Assembly: GCA_965645245.1 (NCBI GenBank)
Contig: OZ287084.1
Span: 930,001-994,000, forward strand
Reading direction: 5' to 3'
DNA: 64,000 nt
Source: Massalongia carnosa
Taxonomy: Eukaryota
Shown here: piece by piece, positions 37,601 to 49,520 of the stretch
Numbering within the stretch: the stretch's first letter is position 1
How the letters are laid out: each line of letters begins with the position of its first letter
Made by a program: the position numbers and the translations under genes
Notes under the pieces: generated by a model
Database searches by the model: none
The model's input: the letters and a program-made list of their open reading frames with translations, nothing else
Told to the model about the DNA's origin: nothing

Positions 37601-39570
37601 TTACGGTCTGTATTTATTAAACGAAGTTCTTTCGGATCTGGGGAAATGTCTGCAGGACTATAATATGCCTTTGTTTACACACGATTGGGGTCGGAGTACT
37701 GGAAATCCTTTAATTGCAAATGAAATGACTTACGATTTTAACGAAGAAACGTCTTTACGAAATGAACGATATACTCAGCTGAATGCGGATCAGAAACATT
37801 GTTTTGATACCATTGTTGCGGGAATTACGGGGCATCCTAGATCGGCGCATTTTTTTGTTCACGGACCTGCAGGAACAGGTAAGCCCTTTTTATATAAGAC
37901 TCTCTGCAATCATTTTCGGGCGGAAAACAAAATAGTTTTATGCGTTGCATCTTCTGGCATTGCGGCTTTACTTCTTCCTGGCGGACAGACTTCGCATTCC
38001 CGTTTTAAAATTCCATTGATTTTAAACGAAGATAGCGTTTGTAACATCACCCGCAACACGCATTTATACGGTCTTTTGCAACGCACGACGTTGATTATTT
38101 GGGATGAGGTGCCGATGCAACATAAACAATGTTTCATGGCCGTGCATCGCACTTTTACGGATCTTTTAGGCAACGACGATCTTTTCGGAGGCATTCCGAT
38201 GGTGTTGGGAGGCGATTTCGCTCAAATCTTGCCCGTTGTCCCTCGCGGAAACCGTGAAGCTGTCGTTGCGGCGAACATTCAAAAGACCTTCCTGTGGTCG
38301 CGCTTTCAAAAACTGTTTCTGCGTTCAAATATGCGAATTCGTAATGGGGTCGCCAACGAAGCGTTTGCGGACTGGATCGGGAAAATGTCTTACGATCCTG
38401 CTTTTTATGGTCGGATTCAGTTGCCGAAACAGGTCAATCAATTGAACAACTTAGACAGTTTCGTGGACACTGTCTTTCCTCCGGATCGCATGCGGCAAGC
38501 TCATCTGGACCCGGGTTTTTTTGCGAGTCGAGCAATCTTAACTTTGCGAAACGATATCGTCGCGGATTTAAACGATTCAATACTGAACAGATTGCAGGGC
38601 GATTCGCACATCTTGAATTCCGTTGATCAAATCGAGAACGATACGGCGCAGGAACGAGGAGACTTTCTTCCTCCCGAGTTTTTACGGACCTTGCAAACAC
38701 CGTCTTTGCCTCCTTCACAATTGCAATTAAAACTTGGAGCTCCGGTTATATTGATGCGGAATTTATATCCCAAACTTTGTCTCTGCAACGGCACAAGATT
38801 ACGTCTTACTCACATTTCGCGGACCTGTCTGGAGGGAAAGATTCTGGGAGGAGAATTCGACGGCGAAACGCGATTAGTCCCCCGCATTCTTCTCAATACC
38901 ACCGAAGGCGAGCTGCCTTGGATCGTAAGTAGTAAACAATTTCTGATACGATTATGCTTTGCTATGACTGTAAACAAGTCGCAAGGACAATCATTAGACA
39001 CGGTAGGAGTTGATTTGCGAGCTTCGCCTTTTACTCACGGTCAGTTGTATGTGGCATTATCTCGAGTTACGGATGTGTCGCGATTGTGTGTGTTGTTTCC
39101 GGAACGGGGCGATGGGAAAACTGACAACATTGTGTATCCGGAAGTAATCCTGCGACCCGAATATGAAGCTGAATCTTGAATTTCTTAAATATTCGTTGCA
39201 ACTTATTCAAATATTAGCGAGACATGTCATGTACAACTGCAATCAAAACATGAATGGAAATCGATTTATTGAAAACTAATTAAACTATGTTCCGGTATCT
39301 TTGCAGGTCTTTACTGATTGTATCGAGCTGCAAACTCATCATCAGAGGTCAAGAAGTTCTGATCATCATTATCTTCGCATGCCTGCGACTCAACCTCAAA
39401 AAGATGTGCGAGGGCCTCGAAATGAAGACTAAGATGCTTAGAACGAGTTGTTCGTATTAAATCGTCAGCTACTACGATTCGTATGTAATATATAATTTCG
39501 CGAGTTTTCGCAACCGTAATTTGTAAAGAAATTACTCGAAACATCTCAGATCTGAGATGGCACGGTCTCG
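34690..39570 (+). mobile_element. Helitron unit 1 (RepHel-bearing, defective)
   Basis: Starts A|TCTATATAGTACTGAAAG and ends with the palindrome CATCTCAGATCTGAGATG + GCACGGTCTCG. Contains RepHel. Confidence 0.92.
35178..39179 (+). pseudogene. Helitron RepHel (Zn-binding N-terminus, partial Rep, Pif1-type SF1 helicase)
   Basis: Motifs CRHC...CCKRG, FAQLFFYDP, PDLFITFTANPNW, EKYYLRMLL, GPAGTGK, IIWDEVPM, GGDFAQILPV, AMTVNKSQGQS and HGQLYVALSR. Stop at 36084 and frameshifts; HUH/Y2 core absent at ~37122. Confidence 0.95.
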
Positions 39571-42500
39571 TCTATATAGTACTGAAAGAGTTACCCTGCT
39601 ACTTTGGGGCAACACTACCTTATTCGGTTAGATTGAACCCGGAAAAGGGAACGCGGCTTGCGGAACAGTACTGAATTATCAAATAATGCGGGGAGGACCT
39701 CCCTGCGGACAGGACCAAAAATTCCCCTCTTGCCTCGACCGTACCGGACCGTTTCACTTCGTCAAACTTCGGAGATCAACTGATCCTGTTGATATCAGTC
39801 CGTATCGCGAAAACTACGTTCTTTTACGTTCGTTGTGGGCCGCGAGAGGTGGTCGTTGTTCGCGTTTTTCATGTTTTGATGTTCCCGAAAACTGCGCTAA
39901 ATCCGTCCGTTCAATGAACCTGCGAAAACCCTCGATTCGGTTTAACGTAGTCTTAATTGGGTTTAGCATTAACAATTATCTGATCTCTTCGCAACAACAG
40001 CAACGACTACCGCTATATCTTTGCACTTCTCCTCGAGAAATCGTTTCTCGACTTCCCATTCCGTTACGACAATGGTGTTCTCTCCGTAGACCGCATAATA
40101 AAGTGAATTCTCCGGAAAATCCTCCCGCAAAACGCGTTCGTCTAATCTTACGACCACCGAAAACGTTGTTAGTCTTTTCCTGCGTCCGCCTGCTCCTCCA
40201 AGAAGTTCGATTGTATCTCCTGTCACTCTTCTATCTTTGCAGAGTTCGCCTAACAGTTCAATAACGAATTCCGTTTCTCCCGTATCGTCGGCTTTCCACT
40301 CGCCAAGCCCGCCAAATCGAAATGATTTGCAGTTGGAAAATCCGAACATTTGGGAAGAAATGCTGCTCAACGAAGCAGAAGCGGGTCAGTACAATCACAA
40401 CCGAGCTCGCGGTTTCGTAAGGTCGAGTTTCGGACATATTTCTCCATCCATTGCGAGTTCCAGACCTGTTTCTCCACCTGTTAATCATCGTGAGTCACGA
40501 AGAAATCGTCGAACACGTCGTCGCGACCGTACTGTTGAAGCCCGTGACCATGCGGCTGCAAATCGTAACTTTCCTGCCGCATTTAAAAGTCAGTACACTT
40601 TAGAATCCGCGATACAACGAATTCAACACATGACAGATCATTGCAGAAACTTGCGGTGCGTGGCATTGGGAAACGGAAGCTGTTCAGAGTGACAGAAGAC
40701 GAGATCGAGTATACAAATCCTGTTGCAAGCGAGGTGGTGTCGTGTTGCCACCGTTTCAGCCTCCTCCTGATTATTTACGGCAACTGTTAATTGGTGACGA
40801 TATTAGAACCCGCACATTTCGCAAAAACCTCCGAAAATATAATTCCACGTTGACGTTCACCTCCGTAAACTACAAACCCGATCGCCGACTTCCTCGCAAC
40901 GGTCGTGGACCGGTATGTTTTCAAAATCACGGAGAACTGTATCACCTGCAAGGTCCTTTGGATCCCGTCGACGATTCTCCTCGCTTTGCTCAACTGTTTT
41001 TTACGATCCCGACGAAGCAACCGCGATTCGTACTCGACAACATACAGAATTGGATCCCGATATTGTACGACGTTTAACAGAGATGTTGCACAATATGAAT
41101 CCCTTTATCAGCCTTTACAAATGCGCCAGCGAGGCTTTGCGGGAGAATGCGGCCACAACCGATGATCGTCGTGTTACGGATCCTACGGCCTTATGGAATC
41201 GATACGCAAATGATATATATGACGATTTACCGCATCGATTACGATCAATGACTGATGTTCCTGACGATTTAATGAGTCCGCATTTAGATTACGGCCTTTA
41301 TTTGTTAAACGGAGGTCTTTCGGATTTAGGAAAACGATTAGAGGATTAGAATATGCCGCTGTTTACATACGATTGGGGTCGGAGTACTGGAAATCCGTTG
41401 ATCGCAAATGAAATTGTGACGAAGCGAGAAGTAAATAGATTTCTACCATTGCGCCATCTGTCCTCCCGACCAAAAGGCACAATACTTAGTCCGCAGACCA
41501 AGCTCTATTCTACTATAACTGGGACTCCTGCTTTGTTCGCTGTAGGTCCTGCCGTCCGCACCACGCATGGTCGAACCGTTACAGAAATGACTTACGATTT
41601 CAACGAAGAAACGACGTTACGAAATGAACGATATACTCAATTGAATGCGGATCAGAAATACTGTTTTGATACCATTGTTGCGGGAGTTAGAGATTATCCT
41701 AGAATGGCGCATTTTTTTGTTCACGGACCTGCAGGAACAGGTAAGACTTTTTTATATTAGACTCTTTGCAATGATATTCGGGCGGAGAATAAAATCATTC
41801 TTTGCGTTGCGTCTCCCGGCATTGCGGCTTTACTTCTTCCTAGCGGACAGACTTCACATTCCCGGTTGAAAATTCCTTTGATTTTAAATGAGGACAGCAT
41901 GTGTAATATCACCCGCAACACGCATTTACACTGTCTTTTGCAACGCACAGCCTTAATCATTGGGGATGAGGTGCCGATGCAACACAAACAATGCTTCATG
42001 GCCGTACATCGCACTTTTACGGACCTTTTAGGTAATGACGACCTTTCGGAGTTATTCCGATGGTGTTAGGCGGAGATTTCGCTCAAATCTTGCCCGTTGT
42101 TCCCCGTGGAAATCGGGAAGCCATCGTTGCGGCGAACATTCAAAACACCTTCTGTGGCCGCGATTTCAAAAACTGTTTTTGCGTCAAATCATGCGAATTC
42201 GTAACGAAGTCGCCAATGAGGCGTTTGCGGACTGGATCGGGAAAATGTCTTATGATCCTGCTTTTTCCGGTCGTGTTCAGCTACCGGAACAAGTCAATCA
42301 ACTGAACAACTTAGACAGTTTCGTGGACACCGTTTTTCCTTCCGATCGCATGCGGCAAGTTCATCTGGATGCGGATTCTTTCGCAAGTCGAGCAATTTTG
42401 ACTTTGCGGAACGATATCGTCGCAGAGTTAAACGGTGCAGTACTGAATAAATTGCAGGGCGGTTCGCACACCTTGAACTCCGTTGCTCAAATAGAGAACG

Positions 42501-43371
42501 ATACGGCGCAGGAACGAGGAGACTTTCTTCCTCCCGAGTTTTTACAACCCTTGCAAACATCGTCTATACAACCTTCACAATTGCAACTGAAACTTGGAGC
42601 CCGAATCATTTTTTTGCGGAATTTGTATCCCAAACTTGGTCTCTGTAACGGCACCCGATTACGTCTTACTCACATTTCGCGGACCTGTCTAGAGGGAAAG
42701 ATTTTGGGATAAGAATTCAACGGTGAAACGCGATTAATTCCCCGGATTCTTCTTAATACCACGGAAGGCGAGTTGCCCTGGATCATAAGTCGCAAACAAT
42801 TTCCGATACGATTGTGCTTTGCTATGACTGTCAACAAGTCGCAAGGTCAATCATTGGACACGATAGGAGTCGATTTGCGAGCTCCTCCTTTTACTCATGG
42901 TCAGTTATATGTGGCATTATCTCGAGTTATGGATGTGTCTCGATTGTGTATGTTGTTTCCGGAACGAAATGACTGGAAAACGGATAACATTGTATATCCG
43001 GAAGTAATTCTGCGATCGCAACATGACATGATAACTCATGTTCCTCCGAATCCTGCTGTAAGTTTATGATGATATAGGGTATCATGTCACTTAGAAAATG
43101 TATTCAATTGCAAAATAGACAGCAAGTTTATTGTGTTATCAAAAATTTATCGTCCGGGTCATCAAGTGTGACATTTTCCGCTAATTTCGCAAGTCGTAAG
43201 TTTTAGAAAATTTAAGAAAAGTTTTCAATTTTTCGATTTCAATCCTGAAATTAAATAGATAATTTTTTTATTGCATACGTGGTTTTAAATTTACAACCTT
43301 TTACGAATTGCATCGATCGTAAAAACTTGAAACCGGTTCCAAAATCTCAGTTCTGAGATGGCACGGTCTCG
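39571..43371 (+). mobile_element. Helitron unit 2 (diverged, internally deleted RepHel copy)
   Basis: Same termini as unit 1 and homologous to it, with a large deletion at ~41168 and several stops/frameshifts in the helicase (e.g. 41758, 42710). Confidence 0.92.
41415..41583. mobile_element. Solo LTR-like insertion (169 bp)
   Basis: TGTGACG...CGTTACA termini with 5-bp TSD GAAAT (41410-14, 41584-88). Absent from the homologous site in unit 1 (~37722). Confidence 0.85.
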
Positions 43372-43804
43372 TCTATATAGTACTGAAGTAGTAATAATGC
43401 GGAGAGGACGTCGTGCGGACAGGACCAAAAACTCACCTCTTGCCTCCACCGTACCGGACCGTTTCACTTCGTCAAACTTGGTAGTTCAACTGATCCTGTG
43501 GATATCAATCCGTATCGCGAAAACTACGTTCTTTTACGCCCGTTGTGGGCCGTGAGAGGTGGTCGTTATTTGAGGTTTTCATGTTTTGATGTTCCCGAAA
43601 ACCGCGCTAAATCCGTCCGTCTAACAAACTTGCAAAAAACCTCGATTCGGTTTAACGTTGACTCGATGTAGTTTAGTGTCGATTATGTCAACATTATAAT
43701 TTTTTTGTTAACGCGTTGCTACTTCATCATTTACTTCATCATCTGCTTCATCTATTTCATAATTTATTTCAATCATTATTAATTACTGGCTATTCAATGA
43801 TGTT

Positions 43805-45100
43805 AGTGGTAGACACAATGTGGTCTGGCAGGTAGACAAAAGGTGGTCTGGGTGAGGGACAAAAGGAGGTCTGGGTAATAGACAAAAGACAGTCTGGCAG
43901 GTAGACAAAAGGTAGTCTGGGTGATAGACAAAAGGTGGTCTGGGTGGCTGGGTGATGGACAAAAGTTGGTCGGGCAGGTGGTCTGGCAGGTGGTCTGGAG
44001 GATGATCAAAAGGTGATGTAAGTGATAGACAAAAGTTGGTCTGGCTGGTGGACAAAAGGTGATATTAGCGGTAGACAAAAGGTGATCTGGCAGGTAGGAA
44101 AAAGGTGGTCTGGGTGATAGACAAAAGGTGGTCTGGCAGGTGATCTGGATTATAATCAAAAGTTGATATGAGGGATGGACAAAGGTGGTCTGGCAGGTGG
44201 ACAAAAGGTAGTCTGGCAGGTGGTCTGGCAGGTGGTCTGGCAGGTGGACAAAAGGTAGCCTGGCAGGTGGTCTGGCAGGTGGTCTGGACGATGATCAAAA
44301 GGTGATATGAGGGGTAGACAAAAGGTGCTCTGGCAGGTGGACAAAATGTGGCCTGACAGGTGGACAAAAGGTTATATTAGTAGTGGACAAAAGGTGGTCT
44401 AGATGATGGACAGAAGGTTGTCAAAAGGTGGTCAAAAGGTGGTCAAAAGGTGGTCAAAAGGTGGGCTAGACGATGGACAAAAGGTGATCTAGGTGATGAA
44501 CAAAAGTTGGCCTGACAGGTGAAAAAAAGGTTATTAGTGGTGGACCAAAGATGGTCTGGGTTATGATCAGAAGTTGGTCAAGACGATGAACAAAAGATGA
44601 TATGGACGATGGACAAAGGATGATATAGACGATGGACAAAAGATAATCTGACAGGTGGGCAAAAGATGATCTGACAGGTGGACAAAAGATGATATGGGAG
44701 GTGGAAAAAAGGGGATCTGAATAGTGATCAAAAGGTAGTCTGAGTGAAGGTAAAAAGGTGGTCTTGCAGGTGGACAAAATATGATATGAACGTTGGTCAA
44801 TAGATGATATGAGTGATGGACAAAAGATGATATGAATAGTGGTCAAAGAGGGTCTGAATGATGGACAAAAGGTGATCTTGGTGATGATTAAAAGGTGGTC
44901 TGGATGATGATCTGTCAGTTGATCTGGACGATGGACAGAAGATAGTCTGGAGGGTGGACAAAAAGTAATACGGGTGACAATCAAAGTGTGATCAGGGTAG
45001 TGGTCAAAAGGTGGTCAGGACGGTGATCAAGAGATGGTTTGGATGATTGACAAAAGGTGGTCTAGATGGTAGATAAACGGTGTTCTGGGTAGCAGACAAA
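43805..45100. repeat. Complex minisatellite (GGTGGTCTGGCA / GACAAAAGGT units)
   Basis: Dozens of degenerate 11-23-bp units inside Helitron unit 3. Confidence 0.9.
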
Positions 45101-45352
45101 AAAAATGTCGAGGTGGAATTTTCAGGGAAAAAAGGGAGGTTATTTGAAAAGTGGCAGAGACTATTTGAAGGCTATTTAGGAGCTAGATGTGGGGCCTTAT
45201 TACAATCAGCGGAGGCTATCTGGGAGACTATTTGAAAGATGCTTTGACAGATACTTTGGCGGGTGTCAAGGAGGAGATGGCGCAGGGCCGTTGCGGAGCG
45301 AAGCGGAGCAGGTCCGGAGCAGAAATCCGAGATATTTTGAGATTCGCATGAA

Positions 45353-45406
45353 AAAATAGCAAGCCAAATAGCAAGCCAAATAGCAAGCCAAATAGCAAGC
45401 CAAATA
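45353..45406. repeat. 12-bp tandem repeat (AAATAGCAAGCC)
   Basis: About 4.5 copies, against ~1.5 at the homologous position in unit 4. Confidence 0.85.
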
Positions 45407-45463
45407 GTAAGAAAATGAAAAGTAGTAGCAAATTAATCTCAGGTCTGAGATGGCACAGTCTCG

Positions 45464-46982
45464 TCTATATAGTACTGAAAGAGTTCCCCTGCTACTTTGG
45501 GCAACACTACCTCATTCGGTTAGATCCAACCTCATGCGGTTAGGTTTAACCCGAAAAAGGGAACGCGGCTTGCGGAACAGTACTGAGTTATCAAATAATG
45601 CGGAGAGGACGCCGTACGGAAAGGACCAAAAAGAGGCACCTCATTGCGAGCATGCATTTCATCGTATGATATCGTAAAACTTTGCAGACCTACTAATCAC
45701 ATCAACCATAGTCGATATCTCGAAACTTGCGTGCTTTTTCGCCCGTTTGCGGTGGGGGGAGGAGGTCTCTTTGCGAAGCATCAGATTTTCTTTGAAATCG
45801 TCCATAAGAGATTTAGCGCGGACTCGATTGGGTTTACGGTGCTTTTCGTGTTATTTACCTATCATCGCAGCTCTTTTCATCCTAGCCTTTTCATCGCAGC
45901 TCCTTTCACCGCTGAATATCAACGTGAACTCGATACAGGAATATTAACGGAAGATACTTTGACGAAAAAAATTGACGATGATATAGATAAGACTCGAGAC
46001 GGACGAGCTTATAATCACGTCAAACGATATATAATAGAAAATCGGGTTGGAAGGGAGAAAACGGAGTCGATTAATTTTACGCTTCTAGAGTGTCTCATTA
46101 TCGACAGCTTCGAGAAAATAGACGAATTCAAGATGCACGAGACCAAAAAGCTAAAGAAGCTATGCGAAAAGCGGCGGAAAAAGAAAATTGATAACGAGGG
46201 AGATAGATATTGAGGCTATTCAAGAGGCTATCTGATAGCTATTTGGGAAATTATTTGGGAGACTATTTGAAAGGCTATTTGAAAAGCAGCGGAGATTATC
46301 TGGGAGACTATTTGGGAGGCTAATTGGAAAGCTATTTGGGAGGCTATTTGGGATATTATTTGATAGCTAAGCAGAATATCTGGAAGGCTATTTGGGAGGC
46401 TATTTGGAAGACTATTTGAAAGCGGTGAAGATTATCTAGGAGGCTATTTGGGAGGCTTTATGCGAGGCTTTATGCAAGGCTATTTGAGATACTATCTGAA
46501 AAGCAGCGGAGACTATTTGGGAGGCTATTTGATAGCTATTTGGGGGAATATTTGGGAGACTATTTGGGAGATATTTGAGAGATACTTGGAAGATAATTGA
46601 AAGGCTATTTGGGAGGCTATTTGAGAGGCTTTTTGGGAGGCTTTTGGGAGGCTTTTGGGAGGCTATCTGGGAGACTATTTGAAAAGCAGCGGAGACTATT
46701 TGAAAGGCTATTTAGGGGCTAGATGTGGGGCCTTATAAAAATCAGCGGAGGCTATCTGGGAGACTATTTGGAAGATGCTTTGACAGATGCTTTGGCGGGT
46801 GCCAAGGAGGAGATAGCGTAGGGCCGTTGCGGAGCGAAGCGAAGCATGTCCGGAGCAGAAATCAGAGATATTTTTGAGATTCGCATGAAAAAATAGCAAG
46901 CCAAATAGTAAGTAAATGAAAAGTAGTAGTAAATTAGATTTTTTCATTCGAAACATCTCAGGTCTGAGATGGCACTGTCTTG
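45464..46982 (+). mobile_element. Helitron unit 4 (non-autonomous)
   Basis: The 5' ~140 bp match units 1/2 and the 3' ~290 bp match unit 3. Ends CATCTCAGGTCTGAGATGGCACTGTCTTG|T. Confidence 0.88.
46213..46775. repeat. 12-bp minisatellite (GGCTATTTGGGA-like)
   Basis: Degenerate tandem copies inside unit 4. Confidence 0.88.
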
Positions 46983-47182
46983 TCTAACGTATTGGGTCAA
47001 TGTAACCGATTGATCCATTCTCAAATTCTCCTCCTTTACGTTTGTCTGTTGGGTCACAATCGTCTGTAAATGTCTTTGGTGTTAGGTATTTCCAGGGGAA
47101 GGTTCCTCCGCCTGCAGGGCCCGGTTTCCCGACGCTCAAAAACAGTCACGTCTTTAGCTCTATCACGAACTGCCACTTAGAA

Positions 47183-47234
47183 ACGCGCCAAGAATTGAAC
47201 CACGCGTTGGATGGTATAAAACCCCCCTTCGCGT
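47183..47234. promoter_or_regulatory. MCB-like (ACGCG/ACGCGT) cluster upstream of UNG1
   Basis: ACGCG at 47183, ACGCGT at 47202 and CGCGT at 47230, all within 200 bp of the ATG. Confidence 0.45.
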
Positions 47235-47372
47235 ATTGCCTTATTCTTCTCATCGCTTCATCCAGTCCCACTAACCTCCCTCCCTCCATTCATTCACGCC
47301 TGGCTACCTCTTCCAAAGAATCAAAGAGAGTCCAGAGAAGGAGAAAAACAGGAGCACTGCCGGTACAGAACA

Positions 47373-48614
47373 ATGTCTGCCCCACTGAAACGCAAAGCCC
47401 CCGGCCTCGCGGCCCCCGTGAAAAAACAAAAGGCAAACGCAAGCATCACGTCTTTCTTCTCCTCTCCTTCCTCTACCGCACCTCTCCCCTCCGCTACTTC
47501 TATTTCCGCCACCCTGGGCAGCCCTGGATCCACCCTCTCAGCCACCACTTCTATAAACCCGGCGCCTCCACCGCCAAAGTTTGACAAAGAGAAATGGGCG
47601 GCCAAGCTCACACCTGAGCAGCGCTCACTCCTTTCCTTGGAGATTGCAACCTTGCATGAAAGCTGGTTCTCAGCGCTGCGGGATGAGCTAGTCAGCACGG
47701 AGTTTTTGGATCTCAAGCGGTTTTTGGAGAAGGAGAAGGAGGCTGGGAAAGCGATTTTTCCGCCGGAGAAGGAAATTTATACTTGGTGAGTGCTTGCAGC
47801 TTCTTCGAGCGGGTTTTGAAGATTGGGTTGGGAGCGGTTGAGACCCATTGAGTGCTGGACAAAGATGAAATTCCGTTCGTTCATCATTGCCGAAGTAGCT
47901 AACTAAACCTTTCCACCCCTATCAGGTCTCAACACACCCCTCTCCCTACAGTCAAAGCCGTCATCCTGGGCCAAGACCCCTACCACAACGTCAACCAAGC
48001 CCATGGTCTCTGCTTCTCCGTACGCCCACCTACCAAGGCTCCATCGTCACTATTGAACATGTATATTGCACTCAAGAAGGACTACCCATCTTTCCAACCC
48101 CCGCCTAACAACGGCGGGCTCTTAACCCCCTGGGCCGATCGCGGTGTACTCCTGCTGAATACGTGCTTAACTGTGCGCGCGCACGAGCCGAACAGCCATG
48201 CGAAAAAGGGCTGGGAGCGCTTCACGCAGAAGGTCATCGATGTGGTGGCGAAGACACGGTCGAGGGGCGTAGTGTTTTTGGCATGGGGAACGCCGGCCGG
48301 AAAGAGGGTGGCGAAGGTGGATAAGGTGCGGCATTGCATTCTGCAAAGCGTACATCCTAGTCCGTTAAGCGCTTCCAGGGGTTTTGTAAGTTGTTTCTTT
48401 CTCTTCGTCCCCTTTGCATGCAGGTCGGGCTGGAAGATTAGGATAACTTAACGTGATCGAGAACGGGGCGGCTAACGACCTCGTGTTTTCCAACCCCGTC
48501 TAGTTCGACTGCGGCCATTTCAAGAAGACCAACGAGTGGCTGAAACAGCGATACGGCGACAATGGCGAAATCGATTGGGACCTCAACGTCCCTCCTGCTG
48601 AGGCGGGGGTGTGA
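47373..48614 (+). CDS. UNG1: Uracil-DNA glycosylase
   Basis: GQDPYH, GVLLLN and HPSPLS motifs, plus PIP-like QKANASITSFF. Introns 47786-47925 and 48386-48503. Confidence 0.97.
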
Positions 48615-49139
48615 AAGAGCAAAAGATCATCGAGTACTCCATTTTTCCTTTGGGCGGTCTATCGATCTGGCAGGACATATTCCGGTTCATGAATCTCTCC
48701 TTTTTTCATAATCTTTACCTTTTTTTCTTTCCATTGTCGTTCGGCAATTCTAGCGAGAATCTCACTTAACTGCGATTTCCTGACGAGGAGGATATTTCCC
48801 TAGAGTAACGAAAAGAAACCGCAAGCGAGTTACTCCGTAGTTACAAAGTTGCATGTGTCGTTCGTTCGCTGTTTAAAAAAAAAAAACAGCCCTCGTACAA
48901 GCTTCTCCTCCCCTGTCCAGTGTAGCTAGCAGAATAAATCAGGGGGAGGAATAGGAATTGATAGAATATCGAGAGATCTTTGGCTATATCTTATTTCATT
49001 ATATTCATCTCCGCTGATCCACCAATCCATCAATCGATCCCCCCATTGATCCCTCCACCCCAACAACAATTCCTCACAGCATCCCTTCCTCCGTTCCCGG
49101 AATGTGGATTGCTGGATCCGGCCCGTAAGTGTGGAGTGT

Positions 49140-49144
<5 letters not shown>

Positions 49145-49228
<84 letters not shown>
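49145..49228. repeat. (GAGGGT)14 microsatellite
   Basis: Perfect hexamer run. Confidence 0.97.
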
Positions 49229-49230
<2 letters not shown>

Positions 49231-49520
49231 ATGGGTGGGAGTGTGAACGGGAGAGTCTGAATGTAAGAATGTATGTATAGTTAGTTGGTGCTCGGGGTAG
49301 GTTAGGTGGGATGGGTGGTGGCTGGTTGTGGGGGGAGGGCGATTGGCTGAGTCTCTGGGTAGGGCGGGTGTGTGGATGGATGTTATGATAATGATAATGA
49401 TGATTTGGTTGGTCGCTGGCTGGGTATAGACTATAGATACGGAACAGAGGGGGGAGCGAGAACAACACGACGCATCTCAACCCCCCCACGACGCTGCTGT
49501 TGCTACTACCACAATTACTA

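Larger units (their letters stand above)
43372..45463 (+). mobile_element. Helitron unit 3 (non-autonomous, minisatellite-filled)
   Basis: TCTATATAGTACTGAA start, ~300-bp 5' homology to units 1/2, end ATCTCAGGTCTGAGATGGCACAGTCTCG. Confidence 0.88.

Noticed and set aside
37248..39179. Host PIF1 helicase gene
   Set aside because: Lies within Helitron termini, is continuous with Rep-associated sequence and is duplicated in unit 2.
43783..44984. ORFs with TTCQ/PPARPP/HLPD repeats
   Set aside because: Minisatellite translations, open in several frames.
43805..46775. CRISPR-like array
   Set aside because: Degenerate tandem units with no unique spacers, eukaryotic context and no cas genes. These are Helitron-internal minisatellites.
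15248..46982. A single Starship-like giant element spanning the accessory region
   Set aside because: No tyrosine-recombinase captain gene is recognisable, and the core gene KAR2 lies in the middle.
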